Part shown: positions 48,007-59,400 of the stretch, in pieces | Layout of the letters: each line of letters begins with the position of its first letter | Numbering within the stretch: position 1 is the first letter of the stretch | NCBI GenBank assembly: GCA_036309085.1 | Contig: JAXJUL010000027.1 | Span: 1,408-65,407 of the forward strand | Length of the DNA stretch: 64,000 nucleotides | DNA from: Schaedlerella sp. | GTDB lineage: Bacteria > Bacillota > Clostridia > Lachnospirales > Lachnospiraceae | Reading direction: 5' to 3' | Translations under genes and position numbers: made by a program | Notes under the pieces: generated by a model | Told to the model about the DNA's origin: nothing | The model's database searches: none | Seen by the model: only the letters and a program-made list of their open reading frames with translations

Positions 48007-48789
48007 ATGGTATACGAACGGAACAAAAAAGAATATGAGCGGTTGGAAAACAGGATTGGTAAGTTGCGGCAGAAAATTAGTACTTATCCTGAAGGGAAGT
48101 TTACCTGTGCAAAGAATGGAAAAAATTACAGGTGGTATCGAAGTTTTGGAGCTTCCAGAGAAGCAATTCCAAAGGCAAATCGTGTACTTGCAGAAGTACT
48201 TGCAGAAAAAAATTATATGCAGGCGGAATTAAAAGATTTGGAGCAGGAAAAGAAGGCTCTGGGTTTTTATCTGAATCACCATAATATCGGGGAATCGGAG
48301 GTTGAAAAATTATTCAGGAAGTCACCGGAATATCAGAATCTTCTTAAGGCTTATTTCAAACCGAAATTAAAGATTTTGGAAGAGTGGGAAGAAGCATTTT
48401 ATGAGACTAATAAAAATTATCCGGAGCAGTTGATTCATAAAACAAGTTCTGGAAGAGTTGTTCGCTCCAAAGCAGAAGCGATGATAGATATGTTTTTGTA
48501 TAAGAATAAGATTCCATTTCGATATGAATGTAAGTTACAGTTGGGGGAGCTGATATTGTATCCTGATTTTACAATTCGACATCCTCAGACCGGTAAAATA
48601 TTTTACTGGGAGCATTTTGGATTGATGGATTATCCAGAGTATGTGGAAAAAACGTATTCAAAACTGCAAATCTATGCTCAACATGGAATTATAGAGTCTA
48701 TAAATCTAATTACAACATTTGAAACAAAAAATAATCCGCTTAGTACAGAAATGATAGAAAAAATAATAGATTACTACTTTTTAACATAG
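48007..48789 (+). CDS. Hypothetical protein: coiled-coil N-terminus, PD-(D/E)xK/Vsr-like C-terminal domain
   Basis: VRSKAEAMI...FRYE...YPDFTI...YWEHFGLMD...Y...K. Confidence 0.55.
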   Translation: MVYERNKKEYERLENRIGKLRQKISTYPEGKFTCAKNGKNYRWYRSFGASREAIPKANRVLAEVLAEKNYMQAELKDLEQEKKALGFYLNHHNIGESEVEKLFRKSPEYQNLLKAYFKPKLKILEEWEEAFYETNKNYPEQLIHKTSSGRVVRSKAEAMIDMFLYKNKIPFRYECKLQLGELILYPDFTIRHPQTGKIFYWEHFGLMDYPEYVEKTYSKLQIYAQHGIIESINLITTFETKNNPLSTEMIEKIIDYYFLT

Positions 48790-49142
48790 AAGCTGGAGAT
48801 GATGCCTGGCTTTACATTGTGCAAAGTTTTTTTTATAATATAAGAAGAAAAAATAGAATTTTGTAAGGGTTATGGAGCAAGTAGAAAAAATTTGTTTTTC
48901 AGCACTATGATTTCAAGAAATTGTAGTGCTGGGATAAGAAAAATTTTCTATTGCACTAAAATTAAGAAAAATACTGGTATAATGTGAAGGATTTTTAGAA
49001 ATTTTGGGTCACAATCACAGATTAATTTACATAGCACTGTGTTTCCAGAAGAGCCAAAAAAAGTCCTGCACTCTCAACCGGGGCAGGAAAAAGTCCTGCA
49101 AGTTGTGTCGGGAAATTGAAAAATTAAAGGAGAATAAAGATT

Positions 49143-49688
49143 ATGGAATTATATAATGGACGTCCGGAAGCAACAGAAGGACGAATGGAAAAAGAAATGC
49201 AAGTATATGATCTTTTGGATTGTTTGGAAATTGAATACCAGAGAACAGATCATAAAGCAGCGATGACGATGGAAGATTGTTTTGAGGCAGACAGGGTTCT
49301 TGGAATAGATATTTGCAAGAATCTCTTTCTTTGTAATCGACAGAAAACAAAGTTTTATCTGCTGTTGATGCCGGGGAATAAGCCATTTAAGACAAAGGAA
49401 CTGACAAAGCAGATTCCGACTTCAAGACTTTCTTTTGGTTCCGCAGAAGATATGGAAAAGTATCTGAATGTAACACCCGGATCTGCAACAATCATGGGGC
49501 TGATGTTCGATCCAGAGAATAAGGTTCAGTTGATTGTGGATGAGGATGTATTGAATCAGGACGAATTTGGCTGTCATCCGTGTGTGAATACTTCCAGTTT
49601 AAAGATGAAAACAGAGGATATTTTTGGAAAATTTCTGAAAGAGGTTCATCATAATTATCTGACAGTAAAATTAGCAGGAGAAGAATAA
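49143..49688 (+). CDS. YbaK/ProX-family aminoacyl-tRNA editing protein
   Basis: CKNLFL, RLSFGS, VTPGSAT, GCHPCVNTSS. Confidence 0.9.
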   Translation: MELYNGRPEATEGRMEKEMQVYDLLDCLEIEYQRTDHKAAMTMEDCFEADRVLGIDICKNLFLCNRQKTKFYLLLMPGNKPFKTKELTKQIPTSRLSFGSAEDMEKYLNVTPGSATIMGLMFDPENKVQLIVDEDVLNQDEFGCHPCVNTSSLKMKTEDIFGKFLKEVHHNYLTVKLAGEE

Positions 49689-49699
49689 AGGACATAAAA

Positions 49700-51088
49700 A
49701 TGAGAGCAGAAAATGATTTGGGAAAAGATAAAATTTCACGTCTTGTGCTTCGAATTGCAATTCCGAGCATGCTGGCACAGTTTGTCAGTGTATTTTATAG
49801 TATTGTAGACAGGATTTTCGTGGGAAATATACCGGAAGTGGGGAATCTTGCGCTGGCGGGAGTCGGTATCTGTGGTCCGATTCTGACGATGATCGGTTCG
49901 GTAGCATTTCTGGTTGGAACAGGCGGAACCCCTTTGATGGGAATGAGAATGGGTGAAGGAAATATGAAGCAGGCAGAACGTATTCTGGCAAATGCGTTTG
50001 TAATGCTGACTGTTTTTGCAGTTATTCTGACAACGGTGATGCTGGCAATACGTGAACCTATGCTGAAGCTGTTCGGGGCAAGTGGGGAAACTTATACTTA
50101 TGCAGAAAGTTATTTTAAAGTATATATTTGTGGAACAGTGTTTGCACTTTTATCAACCGGAATGAACCAGTTTATTATCAGTCAGGGATTTGCTCAGATG
50201 GGTATGTTTTCGGTTATGATTGGAGCAGTTCTGAATATTATTCTTGATCCAATCTTTATCTTCGTGTTAGATATGGGAGTACAGGGCGCTGCGCTTGCAA
50301 CAATTATCAGTCAGGCGGTAAGTGCAGCATTTGTACTGAAGTTTTTATTCAGTAAGAATCCTCCGGTGAGAATCACTTTCAACGGTTATAAGCTGCGTAC
50401 AATGGGGAAGATTTTGAAGATTGGAATGACTCCATTTTTGATTATTGGATTTGACAATGTAATGATTATTGCCATGAACTCTCTTTTGCAGAAATATGGT
50501 GGAGCAACACAAGGAGATATGCTGATTACCTGCAATACGATCGTGCAGAGTTTTATGCTGCTTGTGACAATGCCTCTGGGAGGAATAAGTGGAGGAACAC
50601 AGGGAATCTTGAGTTACAATTTTGGGGCTGGTCGGTCGGACCGTGTACTGAAAGCGGAGAAGAATATTATGTTCTTATGTGCGGCATATACGACACTGAT
50701 GTTTATTGTGGCAAGAACGCTGGATGGGAATTTTGTGTCTATGTTTACCAGTGATACAGTAATCATGGAGGAGGCCTGCAGGGCGATTCAGATTTGTACG
50801 ATGGCGCTTCCGCTTCTGGGAATTCAATATGCGATTGTTGATGGATTTACAGGGATGGGACAGGTACAGGTATCACTTCCGTTGTCGGCATTCCGAAAAA
50901 TTGTATATTTTGTATCCATTTTCATTCTTCCGGTATTTGGCGAGGTAAAGGTAATCTTTTATGCGGAGCCAACCTCAGACATTATAGGACCAATCGTATC
51001 CATTATTGTAGTATTGCTTGTATTCAAGAAAATATTAAAGAAAAGAGAAAAAGAGATAGGAAATCACGATGGAACAATATTATTATAA
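49700..51088 (+). CDS. MATE efflux transporter
   Basis: YSIVDRIFVG, NIILDPIFIF..MGVQGAALAT, SYNFGA. Confidence 0.94.
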   Translation: MRAENDLGKDKISRLVLRIAIPSMLAQFVSVFYSIVDRIFVGNIPEVGNLALAGVGICGPILTMIGSVAFLVGTGGTPLMGMRMGEGNMKQAERILANAFVMLTVFAVILTTVMLAIREPMLKLFGASGETYTYAESYFKVYICGTVFALLSTGMNQFIISQGFAQMGMFSVMIGAVLNIILDPIFIFVLDMGVQGAALATIISQAVSAAFVLKFLFSKNPPVRITFNGYKLRTMGKILKIGMTPFLIIGFDNVMIIAMNSLLQKYGGATQGDMLITCNTIVQSFMLLVTMPLGGISGGTQGILSYNFGAGRSDRVLKAEKNIMFLCAAYTTLMFIVARTLDGNFVSMFTSDTVIMEEACRAIQICTMALPLLGIQYAIVDGFTGMGQVQVSLPLSAFRKIVYFVSIFILPVFGEVKVIFYAEPTSDIIGPIVSIIVVLLVFKKILKKREKEIGNHDGTILL

Positions 51089-52085
51089 TCGATTAAATAA
51101 ATTGCAGCAGAGTACGTACCATGCGATAAAAACAGGGTTGGAATCTTTAGCTCCTTCGTTCCAGATTCCGCGTTTAGAGCAAAGAGAATTGGCAGATGTT
51201 TATATGATGGTAAGACTGGATCACCCGGAGATTTTTTATTCCGTGACATTTAAATATCGATTTTTTAAAGAGTCTGGGAATGCGGAGATGATTCCAGAAT
51301 ATTTGTTTGACAAAAAGAAGGTGCAGGAACATCAAAAGGCAATGAAAACAAGAGTAGAAAAGCTTGCAAGACCAGCCATGAAACTCAGCGAATCTGAGAA
51401 ACTGCAGTATGTGCATGATTTTATCTGTCAGAATGTACGATATGATAAACTGAAAAAACCATACTCCCATGAAATTATTGGACCGCTTGGACAGGGCGTG
51501 GGCGTTTGTGAAGGGATTGCAAAGTCTGTAAAAATTCTGTGCGATACACTGGGAATCTGGTGCATGATTGCCCTCTCAGAGAATAATCCAGAGTTGGGGA
51601 TTAAATATCGGCATGCTTGGAATATCGTGCGTATAGACGGAAAATATTATCATCTGGACGCAACATTTGACAATTCGCTTGGAAAACAAAAAGTATTAAG
51701 ATATGATTATTTCAAACTTTCGGATAAACAGATTTTTAAAGATCATCAGCCGGTGATTTGGAAAACGCCGGCTTGCGAGGACGGAGACCATTTTTACTAT
51801 AAAGAGAAAAAACTTTCCTTTACAAAGCAAGAGGATGTAAGAAAACGCTCCACGCAGGCAGTAAAAAAAGGAAAGATGTTGATCTTTCATTGGAGAGGCG
51901 GATATCTTACAAAAGAAATTTTGCAGGAAATACTTCAGATTTTTGATGAAGAGGCAAAAAAGAAAGAGAAATATGCGAAGGTTTCGTTGAATTGGTCGCA
52001 GGCTGTACTACAGGTGAGTTTTGAAAAAGAGATTCCAACAGAAGTTGTTGAGATGGAAGAAGCAAATGAAGGGGAGGCATTGTAG
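51069..52085 (+). CDS. Transglutaminase-like domain protein
   Basis: GVCEGIAK, HAWNIV, YHLDATFD (Cys-His-Asp triad). Confidence 0.85.
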   Translation: MEQYYYNRLNKLQQSTYHAIKTGLESLAPSFQIPRLEQRELADVYMMVRLDHPEIFYSVTFKYRFFKESGNAEMIPEYLFDKKKVQEHQKAMKTRVEKLARPAMKLSESEKLQYVHDFICQNVRYDKLKKPYSHEIIGPLGQGVGVCEGIAKSVKILCDTLGIWCMIALSENNPELGIKYRHAWNIVRIDGKYYHLDATFDNSLGKQKVLRYDYFKLSDKQIFKDHQPVIWKTPACEDGDHFYYKEKKLSFTKQEDVRKRSTQAVKKGKMLIFHWRGGYLTKEILQEILQIFDEEAKKKEKYAKVSLNWSQAVLQVSFEKEIPTEVVEMEEANEGEAL

Positions 52086-52095
52086 CCTCCCTTTC
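52068..52095. terminator. Hairpin at junction of convergent genes
   Basis: gaaggggaggc-attgta-gcctccctttc. Confidence 0.6.
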
Positions 52096-52103
52096 ATAAC
52101 TCT

Positions 52104-52943
52104 CTAAGCGAGAAAAATTCTGATTTTTTCAGCAGCTTTTAATCCGTCTGCGTATCCGATGTTATAAATTCTCTGAAGTTTTTCAACATCATTTTCAAGT
52201 CTTCCGATGGAAAGCGCATTTCTTGGGCGGATGATAAGAATCTGTCCTTCTTTTTCCATCTGTTCGATACGTTTTATCATTTTATTATATTCGATATGCC
52301 GATTTTCCATTGTCTTTACAAACTCAGGATACTTGCTGTATTTTTTTGCAATAAGACCAGTGTGTTCTGTTTTTTTGCGATAACCTTTTTCACGAGTAAG
52401 GATAACAACATTGCGATTGTACCCCATATTCTGAAATGCTTCTACTGGTACACCGTCTGAACAGCCTCCGTCCAGATAGTCCTTTCCATCGATAGTAACG
52501 ATTCTTGATACAAATGGAAGGGAGGCAGAGGCACGAAGAATATCAATCTGTTCAAGCATATCCGTAATGTGAAAATGTTCTGCCTTTCCAGTCTCAAGAT
52601 TTGTACAAGTAGCGTAAAAATCAGTGGAAGAATTGTTAAATGCTTCGTAATCGTAGATGTCAAGTTTTTCAGGAAGCTCATGATAACAGAAGTCTTCGCC
52701 GATATAGTCACCAGTAGTGATCAGATTTTTAAAACTCATAAAGCGAGGATCCTTGCAATATTCTTTATAATAGCGGATACTGCGCCCTTTTTGACGGGAA
52801 ACAAAGGAGCAGCCGTGAATCGCACCTGCTGAAACTCCGATTACACCATCAAAATAAATCTTTTTTTCAATAAAGGCATCTAAAATACCTGCACTATAAA
52901 GTCCGCGCATACCGCCGCCTTCTAAAACAAGTCCTGTTTTCAA
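52104..52943 (-). CDS. Patatin-like phospholipase
   Basis: EGGGMRG, GVSAG, DGG. Confidence 0.93.
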   Translation of the reverse strand: MKTGLVLEGGGMRGLYSAGILDAFIEKKIYFDGVIGVSAGAIHGCSFVSRQKGRSIRYYKEYCKDPRFMSFKNLITTGDYIGEDFCYHELPEKLDIYDYEAFNNSSTDFYATCTNLETGKAEHFHITDMLEQIDILRASASLPFVSRIVTIDGKDYLDGGCSDGVPVEAFQNMGYNRNVVILTREKGYRKKTEHTGLIAKKYSKYPEFVKTMENRHIEYNKMIKRIEQMEKEGQILIIRPRNALSIGRLENDVEKLQRIYNIGYADGLKAAEKIRIFLA

Positions 52944-52973
52944 ATCAATCTTTCCTTTCGAATATAAGATATG

Positions 52974-53822
52974 TTATTCTCCGCCAAGTTTGCCAGCAGC
53001 AAACCAGCCTGCAGCAAATGTTGCGATACTGATGATCAGTGTCAGGATTGAGAACTTACTCCAATCTGTATTTAACAAAATTGCAATTGGAGAAGCAAGA
53101 ATCAGACCAATGATTGCATAGTAAGCGTGAATTTCTGCTCTTTCAAAAATGAATTCGATGATTTTTGCGATCAAGAAGATTCCGATAATAACACCAATTC
53201 CAAATGGAGCAAGAACGCCAACAGTCTGGAATAAAGTCGGGATATCGAATCCAATCACCGCATCAATGAAATTGTTGATTGTTGCGAGAATTGTATCGTA
53301 ATAACCAAGCAGCATCAGCATCATAGAACCGCTTACTCCAGGAACAACCATTGTAGCCGCAGCGATGATACCAACAGCGAGCAGTTTAATAACATTTATG
53401 AGAGAAAAGCTTACATCTGCATCAGCTCCGCCTGATTCGCCCATTACAGCCATCAGAATAACAACTGCAAAAAAGATTAAAAATGGAACAATCTTTGAAA
53501 TACTTACCTTATGTCCTTTTACCTTCTGGAAAATAAATGGAAGGCTTCCGGCAATCAGTCCGCAGAACGCAAAGTTTGTTGGAATTGGATGAACATTCAG
53601 TAAGTATTCAAAAAGTCTGGATAAAACAACAATCGCAATTCCCGCACCTGCAAAAATCGGAATGAGTAACTTTAAGCTTTCTTTGAATTCACTCTTCAGA
53701 TGAGTGATAGAATGAATGAGTTTGTCATATAAGCCCATAGCAACCATCATAGTTCCGCCACTTACACCGGGAATGATATTCGCAATACCGACAGCCATCC
53801 CCTGTAATATTAATTTTAACAT
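52974..53822 (-). CDS. DUF368 membrane protein (undecaprenyl-phosphate translocase family)
   Basis: Repeated IPGVSGGT / VPGVSGS motifs. Confidence 0.9.
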   Translation of the reverse strand: MLKLILQGMAVGIANIIPGVSGGTMMVAMGLYDKLIHSITHLKSEFKESLKLLIPIFAGAGIAIVVLSRLFEYLLNVHPIPTNFAFCGLIAGSLPFIFQKVKGHKVSISKIVPFLIFFAVVILMAVMGESGGADADVSFSLINVIKLLAVGIIAAATMVVPGVSGSMMLMLLGYYDTILATINNFIDAVIGFDIPTLFQTVGVLAPFGIGVIIGIFLIAKIIEFIFERAEIHAYYAIIGLILASPIAILLNTDWSKFSILTLIISIATFAAGWFAAGKLGGE

Positions 53823-54042
53823 AATGATCTCCTTGTTTAATTTACTAATCTATACTCAATAAGTAAATCTAGCACAAATAGTTTTACATTTCAATTGATA
53901 AAAAGATTCTTTAACAAAATTTTAGAAAAATATTCTGTATAATCAGCAGAGAATACGCATGTTTTGATGATTGACTATTATTGAAAAAATAGATAATATT
54001 TGTATAGCTATATCGATAGGAATAGAGAAAGGAGAAAGAGTT

Positions 54043-54795
54043 TTGGAAATTAGCAAAAAGAGGTCAAATATAGAGACGATACTTCTGGCATTGGTAGTGC
54101 TCTCAGTGATCCGTCAGTTTATGTTAGAAAGTTATCAGAATATGTTTATGGGGATTCTGACATTGATACTTTTTATGGTACCTAAGATCATAGAGAAAAA
54201 ATTGAGGGTCAGCATTCCAGTGGGACTGGAAACAGTTATTTTGTTATTTATTTTCTCAGCAGAAATTCTGGGAGAAATCAATGCATTTTATGTGAAGATT
54301 CCAATTTGGGATACATTGCTTCATACTACGAATGGTTTTTTGATGGCTGCGATTGGATTCGCTCTGATCGATATTTTCAATAGAAGTGAGAGGTTCTCAT
54401 TGAAAATGTCTCCATATTTTGTTGGCTTCTTTGCCTTCTGTTTTTCTATGACCGTAGGGGTCGTATGGGAATTTTTTGAATTCAGCATGGACTGGTTCTT
54501 CCAAATGGATATGCAGAAAGACTGGATCATTTCAACTGTAAATTCGGTGAAATTGAATCCAACAGGAGCGAATGAACCGATCAGAGTCGCTGTAGAGTCG
54601 CTTGTTGTAAATGGGGAAGAATGGAAGATTGGAGGATACCTTGATATAGGAATTGTTGATACTATGAAAGATTTGATTGTAAATTTCATCGGAGCTGTGG
54701 TATTCTCTGCAATAGGGATTGTTTATCTGAAGAACAGAGGAGAAGATGGTAAAGGAAAACTTGCGGCTTCTCTGATTCCTGAAGTAAAAGAATAG
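54043..54795 (+). CDS. Conserved membrane protein
   Basis: ILGEI..FY...WDTLLH, WEFFEF, DTMKDLIVN; GGAG RBS before TTG 54043. Confidence 0.7.
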   Translation: MEISKKRSNIETILLALVVLSVIRQFMLESYQNMFMGILTLILFMVPKIIEKKLRVSIPVGLETVILLFIFSAEILGEINAFYVKIPIWDTLLHTTNGFLMAAIGFALIDIFNRSERFSLKMSPYFVGFFAFCFSMTVGVVWEFFEFSMDWFFQMDMQKDWIISTVNSVKLNPTGANEPIRVAVESLVVNGEEWKIGGYLDIGIVDTMKDLIVNFIGAVVFSAIGIVYLKNRGEDGKGKLAASLIPEVKE

Positions 54796-54815
54796 AATGA
54801 CTGAGTGGAGGAAAT

Positions 54816-56372
54816 ATGAGTATTCTTAATGTTGAACATTTATCGCATGGGTTTGGTAATCGTGCGATTTTTGAAGATGTGTCTTTCAGACTTTTGAAAG
54901 GTGAGCATATCGGTCTGATTGGAGCAAATGGAGAAGGCAAGTCTACCTTTATGAATATTATTACAGGAAAACTTATGCCTGATGAAGGGAAGGTTGAGTG
55001 GGCAAAGAATGTACATGTTGGTTATCTGGACCAGCATGCAGTCCTTACCAAAGGGATGACCATCGGTTCTGTGCTTCGCAGTGCTTTTGATTCTCTTTTT
55101 GATATGGAAGCACGTATGAATGAAATCTGTGACAAGATGGGCGAGGCAGATGAAGTACAGATGGAAGAATATATGGAAGAACTGTCCGTGATTCAAGATC
55201 TTTTGATGAACAGAGATTTTTATCTGATTGATTCAAAAGTGGAAGAAGTTGCACGTGCGCTTGGACTTCTGGAGCTTGGACTTGAGAAAGATGTTACCGA
55301 TCTTTCTGGTGGTCAGAGAACAAAGGTACTTCTTGGAAAACTTCTTCTTGAGAAGCCGGATATTCTTCTTCTTGACGAGCCTACAAACTACCTTGATGTA
55401 GAACATATCACATGGCTGAAAAGATATTTGCAGGAATATGAAAATGCATTCATTCTCATTTCCCACGATATTCCTTTCTTAAATGAGGTAATTAACCTGA
55501 TCTATCACATGGACAATCTTCAGCTGACACGTTATGTTGGAGATTATGATAAGTTCCAGGAAGTGTATGCGATGAAGAAGGCACAGCTTGAAGCAGCGTA
55601 TAACCGCCAACAAAAAGAGATTGCAGATCTGAAAGATTTTGTGGCAAGAAATAAAGCACGTGTTGCCACAAGAAACATGGCGATGTCACGTCAGAAGAAG
55701 CTGGATAAGATGGATCTAATTGAACTTGCGGCAGAGAAACCAAAGCCAGAGTTCAATTTCAAAGCTGCAAGAACACCAGGACGTTATATTTTTACAACTC
55801 AGGACCTTGTGATTGGATATGATAATCCACTTTCTACACCTTTGAATCTTTCTATGGAACGAGGAAGTAAGATTGTTCTGACAGGAGCGAATGGTATAGG
55901 TAAGACAACGCTTCTGAAGAGTATTCTTGGTCTGATCCATCCGATTTCCGGAGAGGTTGAACAGGGAGACTATCTTGAAATCGGTTATTTTGAGCAGGAG
56001 ATTACAGAAGATATTGAGACAACATGTCTTCAGGAAATCTGGAATGAATTTCCGGGATTTACACAGTATGAAGCACGTTCTGCCCTTGCAAAATGTGGTC
56101 TTACAACAAATCATATCGAAAGTAAAGTAAAAGTTCTTTCTGGTGGTGAGCAGGCAAAGGTAAGATTGTGCAAACTGATCAACCGTCCTTCTAATATCCT
56201 GGTACTTGACGAGCCGACAAATCATCTGGATGTGATGGCAAAGGATGAATTGAAGCGTGCGTTAATAGAATATAAGGGAAGTATCCTTATGGTATGCCAT
56301 GAACCTGAATTTTATGAAGGACTGGCAACAGATGTCTGGGATTGTTCTAAGTGGACAACAAGACTTGTATAA
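54816..56372 (+). CDS. ABC-F family ribosome-associated ATPase
   Basis: Two NBDs (GANGEGKST, GANGIGKTT), LSGG twice, LDEPTN twice, no TM. Confidence 0.94.
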   Translation: MSILNVEHLSHGFGNRAIFEDVSFRLLKGEHIGLIGANGEGKSTFMNIITGKLMPDEGKVEWAKNVHVGYLDQHAVLTKGMTIGSVLRSAFDSLFDMEARMNEICDKMGEADEVQMEEYMEELSVIQDLLMNRDFYLIDSKVEEVARALGLLELGLEKDVTDLSGGQRTKVLLGKLLLEKPDILLLDEPTNYLDVEHITWLKRYLQEYENAFILISHDIPFLNEVINLIYHMDNLQLTRYVGDYDKFQEVYAMKKAQLEAAYNRQQKEIADLKDFVARNKARVATRNMAMSRQKKLDKMDLIELAAEKPKPEFNFKAARTPGRYIFTTQDLVIGYDNPLSTPLNLSMERGSKIVLTGANGIGKTTLLKSILGLIHPISGEVEQGDYLEIGYFEQEITEDIETTCLQEIWNEFPGFTQYEARSALAKCGLTTNHIESKVKVLSGGEQAKVRLCKLINRPSNILVLDEPTNHLDVMAKDELKRALIEYKGSILMVCHEPEFYEGLATDVWDCSKWTTRLV

Positions 56373-56385
56373 TAAGATTTTAAAT

Positions 56386-56426
56386 AAAAAACTGGCCAAA
56401 TCAGTAATCTGATCAGCCAGTTTTTT
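56386..56426. terminator. Bidirectional intrinsic terminator
   Basis: aaaaaactggc ... gccagtttttt between convergent genes. Confidence 0.75.
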
Positions 56427-56446
56427 CTTATATAAATTTGAAAATT

Positions 56447-59400
56447 CTATTTGTCATGAATTTCGCTGTGGAGTTGCTGCAGTGATTTTACTTCACCACT
56501 TTCATGTGTCTTTACATAACGGATTCCTTTTACTGCAGCTTTTGCAGCAGCAATGGTTGTAATGTAAGGAATCTTTGCTTTGATTGCGGCTTTACGCATA
56601 TAGCCACTTGCGTGAACACTTCGTTTACCGCTTGGAGAGTTGATTACAAGGTCGATCTTTCCATTCGTGATCAAGTCTACCGTATTAGGACGGCCTTCCT
56701 GAAGTTTCTTTACTCGTTTAGCCGGAATACCTACAGCTTCCAGTGCCCTGTGAGTTGCGTTTGTTGCATAGATATTGAATCCATTGTCAGACAAAATCTT
56801 GGCAACTGCGATAGCATCAGCCTTATCCTTATCTGTTACAGAAAGAAGTACATTTCCTTCAAGAGGAAGTCTGGATTGAGTTGCTTCCTGTGCTTTGTAG
56901 AATGCTTCACCATAGGATGCGGATAATCCGAGAACTTCGCCTGTGGAACGCATTTCTGGTCCAAGTACAGGGTCTACTTCCTGGAACATCTTGAATGGGA
57001 AGACAGATTCTTTTACACCGTAGTTTGGAATCACCTGTTCTTTGAGTTCAGGAACTGGTGATGGCTTTCCTGTCAGTTCAGATGTAATAATCTCTGTTGC
57101 AAGAGGTACCATACGAATATTACATACTTTTGAAACAAGTGGAACTGTACGGGAAGCTCTTGGATTGGCTTCCAAAACATATACCTTTCCATTTTCAATT
57201 GCATACTGCATATTCATAAGACCTTTCACATGCATTTCTTCTGCGATTTTTCTGGTATATTCCTTGATTGTTGCTACATTATCCGGAGAAATATGAGCAG
57301 ATGGGATAATACATGCGGAGTCACCGGAGTGAACGCCAGCAAGCTCGATATGTTCCATAACCGCAGGAACAAAGGCATGTGTTCCATCACTGATTGCATC
57401 AGCTTCGCATTCCAGTGCATGGTCAAGGAAACGGTCGATCAGGATTGGGCGGTCTGGTGTGACACCAACGGCTGCCTTCATATAACCAACCATACTTTCT
57501 TCATCATAAACGACTTCCATTCCACGTCCGCCAAGTACATAAGAAGGACGAACCATAACCGGGTAACCAATCTCATCAGCAATTGCAATGGCTTCTTCTA
57601 CAGTTGTAGCCATTCCCGATTCTGGCATTGGAATTTCAAGTTTATCCATCATGGCACGGAAAAGATCACGGTCTTCTGCGAGATCGATAACTGCAGGGGA
57701 AGTTCCGAGGATCTTCACACCGTTTTTCTCGAGGTCTGCTGCGATATTCAGTGGAGTCTGTCCGCCAAACTGAGCAATCACACCGAGAGGTTTTTCTTTT
57801 TTATAAATGCTTAAAACATCTTCCAAAGTCAGAGGCTCAAAATAGAGCTTGTCAGAAGTATCGTAGTCTGTAGATACTGTCTCTGGGTTGCAGTTTACGA
57901 TGATTGTCTCGAATCCAAGCTTTTTCAATGCGAGAGAAGCATGTACACAGCAGTAGTCAAATTCGATACCCTGTCCGATACGATTCGGACCTCCACCGAG
58001 AATCATAATCTTTGGCTTTTCTTCACTTACCGGATTCTTATCTTCTGCATTGTAAGTTGAATAGTAATAAGCATTATTTTCAGTACCACTTACGTGAACA
58101 CCTTCCCAGGCTTCCTCTACACCGAGAGAAATACGGCGGTTGCGGATATCTTCCTCTGACACCTCGAGAATCTGGCTCAGGTATTTGTCAGAAAATCCAT
58201 TTTTCTTTGTAGAAATGAGTGCTTCATCTGCTGGAAGAGAGCCTTTGAACTGAAGAAGTGCTTCTTCCTCCTCAACGAGTTCCTTCATCTGTTCGATAAA
58301 GTAAGCTTTTACCTTTGTAAGTTCATGGATTTCTTCAATTGTTGCACCCTTACGGAGCGCTTCATACATGACAAAATGACGTTCACTTGTTGGAGTAATT
58401 AAAAGCTGAAGAAGTTCTTCTTTTGTCATAGTATCAAAGTCTTTCGCGTGACCAAGACCATAACGTCCGGTTTCAAGGCTTCGGATTGCTTTTTGAAGAG
58501 CTTCTTTGTAAGTCTTACCGATACTCATGACTTCTCCTACGGCTCTCATCTGAGTACCAAGCTTGTCTTCAACGCCTTTGAACTTTTCAAATGCCCAGCG
58601 TGCAAATTTCAATACAATATAGTCATTGCTAGGAACATATTGATCAAGTGTGCCATATTTACCGCAAGGAATATCTTTCAATGTCAATCCTGTTGCAAGC
58701 ATTGCAGATACAAGTGCGATCGGGAAACCGGTTGCTTTTGATGCGAGTGCAGAAGAACGGGATGTTCTAGGATTGATCTCAATGATGACATCCCGGTCAG
58801 TCTTAGGGTCATGTGCCCACTGTACATTACAGCCACCGATAACCTGAACGGATTCTACTACCTTGTGTGATTTTTCCTGCAGACGCATCTGAACTTCTTC
58901 GGAAATTGTCAGCATAGGAGCTGAACAGAAGGAGTCGCCGGTATGAATGCCGAGTGGATCAATATTTTCAATGAAACATACAGTGATCATATTGTTATCT
59001 TTGTCGCGGACAACTTCCAGCTCGAGTTCTTCCCATCCAAGGATAGACTCTTCTACGAGAACCTGCCCGACAAGGCTTGCCTGAAGTCCGCGTGCACAGA
59101 CTGTACGGAGTTCTTCTTTATTGTAAACAAGACCGCCGCCTTCACCGCCCATTGTATAAGCCGGACGAAGAACAACAGGATAGTCCAGTTTATCGGCAAT
59201 TTCAAGTGCCTGATCAACAGAGTAAGCTACTTCGCTTCGAGCCATCTCGATACCAAGTGAATCCATCGCCTTTTTAAATTCTATACGATCTTCACCACGT
59301 TCGATGGCATCAGCCTGAACACCGATGATTTCTACATTATATTTTTTAAGAATACCTGCACTGTTCAATTCAGCACAAAGGTTCAATCCAGACTGTCCGC

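Noticed and set aside
56504..59277. Several plus-strand ORFs up to 194 aa inside carB, and similar antisense ORFs across the window
   Set aside because: Antisense shadows of well-supported genes, with no motifs or RBS
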